From NCBI GenBank assembly GCA_036785375.1, contig JAWMAR010000175.1:1488001-1552000 (forward strand): 64,000 nt of DNA. The letters are read 5' to 3'. A program made the position numbers and the translations under genes. How positions within the stretch are numbered: the stretch's first letter is position 1; each line of letters opens with the position of its first letter. Shown piece after piece: positions 60,901 through 64,000 of this stretch. The stretch comes from Leucoraja ocellata (taxonomy: Eukaryota). Below the pieces are notes generated by a model that did no database searches, was not told the origin of the DNA, and worked only from the letters and a program-made list of their open reading frames with translations.

Positions 60901-63799
60901 ACCAAGCCAATTAACCTACAAACCTGTACGTCTTTGGAATGTGAGAGGAAACCGAAGATCTCTGAGAAAATCCGCGCAGGTCACGTGCGGAACGTACAAA
61001 CTCTGTACAGACAGCACCCGTAGTCGGGATCGAACTCGGGTCTCTGGCGCTGCATTCGCTGTAAGGCAGCAACTCTACTGCTGCTCCACCGTGACCACCC
61101 TATGTGTCTCTATGACTCTATCTGAAAGCCATTCATGGATCCCCCTTCAACAAAGTGCCCAAGAAACTTTGAGAGGTCCCCCAGGGTAGGGGCTCAAGAA
61201 CCAGTGGGCATAGGTTTAAGGTAGAGAGGAAAGATTCAATGGGAACCTGAGGGACATGGATGAGTCGGGCCTGTGTTGTATAACTCCACAGTGGAAAGGC
61301 AGCAATATTACTTGCTGAATGAGCAAGTGAAGACTGGTTTCCATTGTTACACCTCTGTAACATCACCGAGATCTCTTGCTTCAATGATCCAGGATTAGCA
61401 CACATTAAATAAATATAAGAACTATTAATGCTAATTCGAAAATAACTTTGATAATTCTCTTTTCAGTTACTAGAGTTATAGAACCACACTGCTCGGAAAC
61501 AGGCCCTTCGGCCCAACTTGCCCATGCCGACCAAGGTGCCCCATCTACGCTAATCCCACCCATTCGCGTTTGGCCCAAATCGCTCTAAACCTTTCCTACC
61601 CATAGCTTTAGGTTTTTATGTCGTTATATGAGTGCAGGGTTTCCATTTGTGCTTTGCTCCACATCCAGAGTATGCCAGGTGACCAAAGCCACAATGACAA
61701 TCATGACACCATCAGCGGAGATGTCCATGGTTTGTAGCGGTGGGGCAGTGGTGCAGCAGCGGTGGAGCAGGGATGGAGCAACCGTGCAGCAGCAGTGGTG
61801 GGTCAGTAATGGGGCAGCAGCAGTGGGGCAGCAATGGTGGGTCAGCAATGGGGCAGAGGTGCAGCAGTTATGGGGCAGAGGTGCAGCAGTGGTGGAGCAG
61901 TGGTGGGGTAGCGGTGGAGGACACCAACGGCCACGCTAGGCCAGGTCGACCCTGCAACGCCGCCAGGACAACAGGCCTTCATGGCTGAGAACCCCGCACT
62001 TACAAACTGGGACTTGTAAATGGTGCCAAATCTGTTAACTGTATACTGTCTCAGAGTACAACTGCTACACCCTTGTACTGTATCTGAGATGCTTATCTAA
62101 GATGTATCTTATGTTTAGTGATACTTGTACTGAACTGTACAGCAATGAATTACACTGTACCTCGGTACATGTTGCAAATAAAATGTCACTGAATCACTGA
62201 ACCATGAACACTGAGGCAACGGGTCTTAAATGTACTTACCAGGGTCCATGCCGACTCCGTCATCCAGAAAACACAACATAACGCCCCCTGTCCCTTGTTC
62301 GTTCTCTTCTGTAATTATGAATCAAATGAATACTCGGTTACACAACTTCCCACTTCCACATTTCCCCAAGGTGCCGTTACAATCACTCACTGCATTGTGA
62401 AACTTTATACCAAGTGCAATATGCAACAGAATACAAAGTACAACTGCTAAGTGTGATCTGGCCCTTTGCATGCCGTGCCATTCCGACTTTGCTTCTGCAA
62501 CAGTGCTTACATGTACAAAACGCTAAAATACTGAACGCCTTGATACATCCCGGAAGATAAAAAGGTGAAATAAAAATCCTTTTTTTCTTCACCCCTAACT
62601 CGAGACAACATCCCTCCCCAGCCCAACGGTCGGTGGCCGTGAAATGATGTAAACAAAACCATGGGAAAGCTTTACCCTCTGACCTCCTCGTCCTAATCCA
62701 CTGCTGGACATTGAGAGACAGTGTCCGGTTGGGGACACCCCTCAAACAACAGCAGGGGTATCACCCCAGGGGGCCCCATGAATGACCAGAATGCCCAAAG
62801 ACCCTTGCTCGCACTATTGAGTAGAACACTGTTGAATGCACAGTCTGGAACAAGTGAATATCACAACTGACTGACATTTTCTGCAGATTATTTTAATGAG
62901 TTTTGACATTCAGCATGAAAGCAGACCCTTCGGCCCTCCGAGTCCTCTCCGACCATCAATCACCCATTCACAGTAGCTCTGTGTTGTCCCACTTTCTCAT
63001 CTATTCCCTATACACTAAGGGGCATTTTACAGAGGCCAAATAATCTACAAACCCACACGTCTTAGGAAGGGGAAACTGGGGCACCTGGTGTAAGCTCATG
63101 CTAATGGAATGTATAACACCATGCTCGCCAGTTTCATTTTGCAAGCACATGATATTACCTATCCATGTTCTCCAGAGATGTTGCCTGACCTGCTGAGTTA
63201 CTCCAGCACTTTGAGTCTTTCAATAATATTATACTGTGGCGGCTCCCAGACCAAAATGGAACAATGAGCCCATATAACATCTAAAGACCCTAGAGCACCA
63301 AGGTAATTTGGAAATCCAGGATTACATCAACTATTTCATTTTCCATTTTTTATCCAAACAGATTTAGCACACACAGATCTGACGTATTTACAAGGATACT
63401 AATTTCTGTAATGGAGTTTTGGTATAAATTTCATGGCCTGACACTCCGCTGCTGTTGCAACTCACCCGTGTAAATGCTCAGTTGTGTAAATGTCACAACC
63501 AACTCGTGTAATTGCTCAGGTGTGTAAACTCACCTATGTACATGCTCGGTTGTGTAAATGTTACAAACAACTCAAGTACATGCTCAGTTGTGTAAATGTC
63601 ACAACTCACCTGTGTAAATGTTCAGTTGTGTAAATGTTGTGTAAACTCACCCATGTACACGATCGGTTGTGTAAATGTCACGAACAACTTGTGTAATTGC
63701 TCAGTTGTGTAAATGTCACAACTCACCTGTGTAAATGCTCTGTTGTGTAAATGTCTCAACTCACCTGTGTAAATGCTCAGGTGCGTTGCTCTGGCATCC
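21957..63799 (-). CDS. MORC1: MORC-family CW-type zinc finger GHKL ATPase (MORC1/MORC2 clade, MORC1-like); 5' exons lie outside the window
   Basis: Exons 63765-63799, 62240-62308, 60385-60475, 56494-56602, 55576-55735, 54535-54646, 52777-52902, 52201-52280, 51235-51311, 41053-41144, 40265-40407, 38941-39095, 38174-38302, 37102-37207, 35559-35697, 34747-34815, 33419-33661, 30454-30567, 27888-27930, 26037-26139, 25271-25364, 22776-22964, 21957-21977. Motifs [52 protein letters not shown] and QCDLCLRWR..WICSMN..RC. Family call is firm; the paralog symbol is tentative. Confidence 0.85.
22776..22964 (-). CDS. MORC C-terminal coiled coil exon ([23 protein letters not shown])
   Basis: 189 nt, TAG/GTACGT; resembles MORC2 KEYFKQYE..LRETEEKLQ..NIVALL. 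Confidence 0.9.
23126..24045 (-). mobile_element. CR1 LINE 3' fragment, near-intact frame
   Basis: ORF 22965-24047: [15 protein letters not shown]; (CTATGTTT) tail. Confidence 0.95.
24765..25056 (-). mobile_element. tRNA-derived V-SINE-like element; other copies near 24110-24350, 26395-26690, 32645-32940, 36750-36965, 60785-61100, 62900-63100
   Basis: A-box-like TGGCGCAGCGGGT, B-box GTTCAATCC, central GGAGTTTGCA.GTTC domain and a CR1-like 3' tail. Confidence 0.75.
25271..25364 (-). CDS. MORC C-terminal exon ([31 protein letters not shown])
   Basis: 94 nt; resembles MORC2 NCLRYFLPPSFPISKKQL..ELISFPL. Confidence 0.85.
26037..26139 (-). CDS. Probable MORC exon (..GLVTCFR)
   Basis: 103 nt, phase 1 to 2, donor GTAGGT; joins in frame to the next, conserved exon. 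Confidence 0.55.
27888..27930 (-). CDS. Probable MORC linker exon
   Basis: 43 nt, TTTACAG/GTAAGG, phase 0 to 1. Confidence 0.5.
29520..29972 (+). mobile_element. L2 LINE 3' fragment
   Basis: [38 protein letters not shown]; AATAAA plus (TTA)n tail. Confidence 0.9.
30040..30255. mobile_element. Penelope-terminus-derived palindromic repeat, representative of ~20 full or half copies across the window
   Basis: Inverted arms ATGCTGGAG.AACTCAGC..GGTGACG..CTTCTTCAGA / CTGAAGAAG..GAAACGTCACC..GCTGAG..CTCCAGCAT. Confidence 0.7.
30454..30567 (-). CDS. Probable MORC linker exon
   Basis: 114 nt open, AAG/GTAAGT. Confidence 0.5.
31085..31512 (+). mobile_element. CR1 3' fragment
   Basis: [18 protein letters not shown] followed by the 3' UTR and tail. 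Confidence 0.95.
31800..32438 (+). mobile_element. CR1 3' fragment
   Basis: ORF 31779-32222. Confidence 0.95.
33419..33661 (-). CDS. MORC linker exon (basic, [11 protein letters not shown]..)
   Basis: 243 nt open, phase 0-0, CAG/GTAACG. Confidence 0.7.
33690..34600. repeat. 16-bp minisatellite (ACAGTAATRYYCTGAT-like), split by a hAT MITE
   Basis: Repeats seen directly at 33690-33850 and 34428-34600. Confidence 0.85.
33894..34422. mobile_element. hAT-type non-autonomous DNA transposon
   Basis: Terminal inverted repeats CAGGGGTCGGCAACCT..AGGTTGCCGACCACTG; degenerate target-site duplication ACCTAAAAC/ACCTACAC; CpG-rich interior. Confidence 0.8.
34747..34815 (-). CDS. MORC linker exon
   Basis: 69 nt, phase 0-0, CAG/GTAATT. 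Confidence 0.65.
35559..35697 (-). CDS. MORC exon, end of CW finger plus coiled coil 2, GC donor
   Basis: 139 nt, CAG/GCAAGT; encodes [24 protein letters not shown]. Confidence 0.85.
37102..37207 (-). CDS. MORC exon, CW zinc finger ([17 protein letters not shown])
   Basis: 106 nt, CAG/GTAGGT. Confidence 0.95.
38174..38302 (-). CDS. MORC exon ([16 protein letters not shown]), GC donor
   Basis: 129 nt, CAG/GCAAGT. Confidence 0.9.
38941..39095 (-). CDS. MORC exon ([21 protein letters not shown])
   Basis: 155 nt, CAG/GTAAGA. Confidence 0.95.
40265..40407 (-). CDS. MORC exon ([23 protein letters not shown]..) with an apparent 1-nt deletion
   Basis: 143 nt where phase requires 144; ATC AAA TGT AC stands where ATC AAA ATG TAC (IKMY) is expected. 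Confidence 0.9.
41053..41144 (-). CDS. MORC exon, coiled coil 1 (..[14 protein letters not shown])
   Basis: 92 nt, CAG/GTAATG. Confidence 0.85.
41771..42283 (-). mobile_element. CR1 3' fragment inserted into a Penelope-derived repeat
   Basis: [15 protein letters not shown]; (CATAGAAA)n tail. Confidence 0.95.
43742..43986. repeat. GA-rich purine tandem repeat
   Basis: (GAGAGAGAGGGGCAGAGAC)n-like; a second G/A-rich tract lies at 49508-49750. Confidence 0.9.
43987..46309 (+). mobile_element. CR1 LINE, 2.3-kb ORF2 fragment with few disablements
   Basis: End of endonuclease (SDHNMV); RT motifs [26 protein letters not shown] and FADD. Confidence 0.97.
46310..47601 (-). mobile_element. L1-clade LINE 3' fragment
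   Basis: ORF2 C-terminus with CDKC..H....C zinc knuckle; polyA seen as a T-run at 46310; 12-bp target-site duplication ATTTCTATGTTT (46298-46309, 47602-47613). Confidence 0.9.
47621..49500 (-). mobile_element. Gypsy/Ty3 LTR retrotransposon 5' portion (LTR, PBS, gag, protease, RT N-terminus), degenerate
   Basis: LTR ends ..AACA at 49317 and contains AATAAA; PBS TGGTGTCAGA at 49307-49316; gag ORF 48747-49232; protease KVDTG near 48250-48265; RT GVIAPV..SDWVS..IRICINP. Confidence 0.9.
49960..50870 (-). mobile_element. Unclassified GC-rich non-coding retroposon with an L2-like 3' end; a similar element lies at 39634-40203
   Basis: The minus-strand end TGTAAAGCACTTTG..GCTATATAAATAAA resembles an L2 tail; CpG-rich body with no ORF I recognise. 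Confidence 0.5.
51235..51311 (-). CDS. MORC exon, coiled coil 1 ([15 protein letters not shown])
   Basis: 77 nt, CAG/GTAATC. Confidence 0.85.
52201..52280 (-). CDS. MORC exon ([15 protein letters not shown])
   Basis: 80 nt, TAG/GTAGGG. Confidence 0.9.
52777..52902 (-). CDS. MORC exon, start of S5 fold ([18 protein letters not shown])
   Basis: 126 nt, CAG/GTAAGA. Confidence 0.95.
52965..53902 (+). mobile_element. L2/Rex1-group LINE 3' fragment
   Basis: [34 protein letters not shown]; AATAAA plus (AACTTGTTTCA)2 tail. Confidence 0.8.
54535..54646 (-). CDS. MORC exon ([17 protein letters not shown])
   Basis: 112 nt, CAG/GTAAGT. Confidence 0.95.
55576..55735 (-). CDS. MORC exon ([18 protein letters not shown])
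   Basis: 160 nt, CAG/GTAAGA. Confidence 0.95.
56494..56602 (-). CDS. MORC exon ([20 protein letters not shown])
   Basis: 109 nt, TAG/GTACAG. Confidence 0.95.
57335..59320 (+). mobile_element. CR1 LINE (second subfamily), 2-kb ORF2 fragment
   Basis: KSPGPD, NYRPISL, DFSKAFD, GVPQGS and YADD; (TTATATGG) tail. Confidence 0.97.
60385..60475 (-). CDS. MORC exon, ATP lid ([17 protein letters not shown])
   Basis: 91 nt, CAG/GTGAGT. Confidence 0.95.
61735..61920. repeat. Degenerate GCA/GTGG low-complexity repeat
   Basis: Recurring GCAGCAGTGGTGGG and GGGGCAG units. Confidence 0.75.
62240..62308 (-). CDS. MORC exon, GHKL DxGxG motif ([16 protein letters not shown])
   Basis: 69 nt, CAG/GTAAGT. Confidence 0.95.
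63455..63782. repeat. 19/38-bp minisatellite overlapping a MORC exon-donor junction
   Basis: ACTCACCTGTGTAAATGCTCAGTTGTGTAAATGTCACA units. Confidence 0.9.
63765..63799 (-). CDS. MORC exon ([11 protein letters not shown])
   Basis: 35 nt, CAG/GTGAGT; equivalent to MORC2 DADATRIDIYA. Confidence 0.85.
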
Positions 63800-64000
63800 C
63801 TGCAAATACACAAATTGTTTCCATTATATCTTTTTCAATTTTTATTTACAAAGCAAGAAATATTCAAATACAAGATTGATTTCACAAGTTTACAAGTTAA
63901 TGGAGTAGAATTAGGCCATTCGGCCCATCGAGTCGTGGCTGATCTTTGCCTCCTAATCCTATTTTCCAGCCTTCTCGCCACCTGTACTAAAAATATCCAC

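Noticed and set aside
61628-61988. Gln/Trp/Gly-rich ORFs
   Set aside because: Low-complexity intronic repeat with no splice or homology support.

Overview
Eukaryotic, repeat-dense vertebrate DNA. The CR1, V-SINE and Penelope-derived repeat content suggests a cartilaginous fish, probably a skate or ray (inference). Two spliced genes lie in tandem on the minus strand, and I reconstructed both by hand from splice sites and reading phase. (1) A MORC-family GHKL ATPase gene (exons from 63799 down to ~21957; its first exons lie beyond the window). It shows GHKL, S5, coiled-coil and CW-finger domains, MORC1-like residues, two GC-AG introns and a 1-nt frameshift at ~40305. (2) A divergent HJURP/Scm3 CENP-A chaperone gene (ATG at 16388, exons down to ~2661) behind a CpG-island promoter with NRF1, CRE, CCAAT and CDE/CHR-like sites. 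The introns hold CR1, L1, L2, RTE-X, Rex1 and Penelope fragments, tRNA-derived SINEs, and Harbinger and hAT MITEs. There is also a 7.5-kb Helitron-bounded composite containing CR1, L1 and Gypsy pieces, about 20 Penelope-terminus repeats with minimal hammerhead-ribozyme motifs, and two minisatellites that appear to have grown out of MORC splice junctions. Comparisons with human proteins are from recalled sequence, not from alignments run here.
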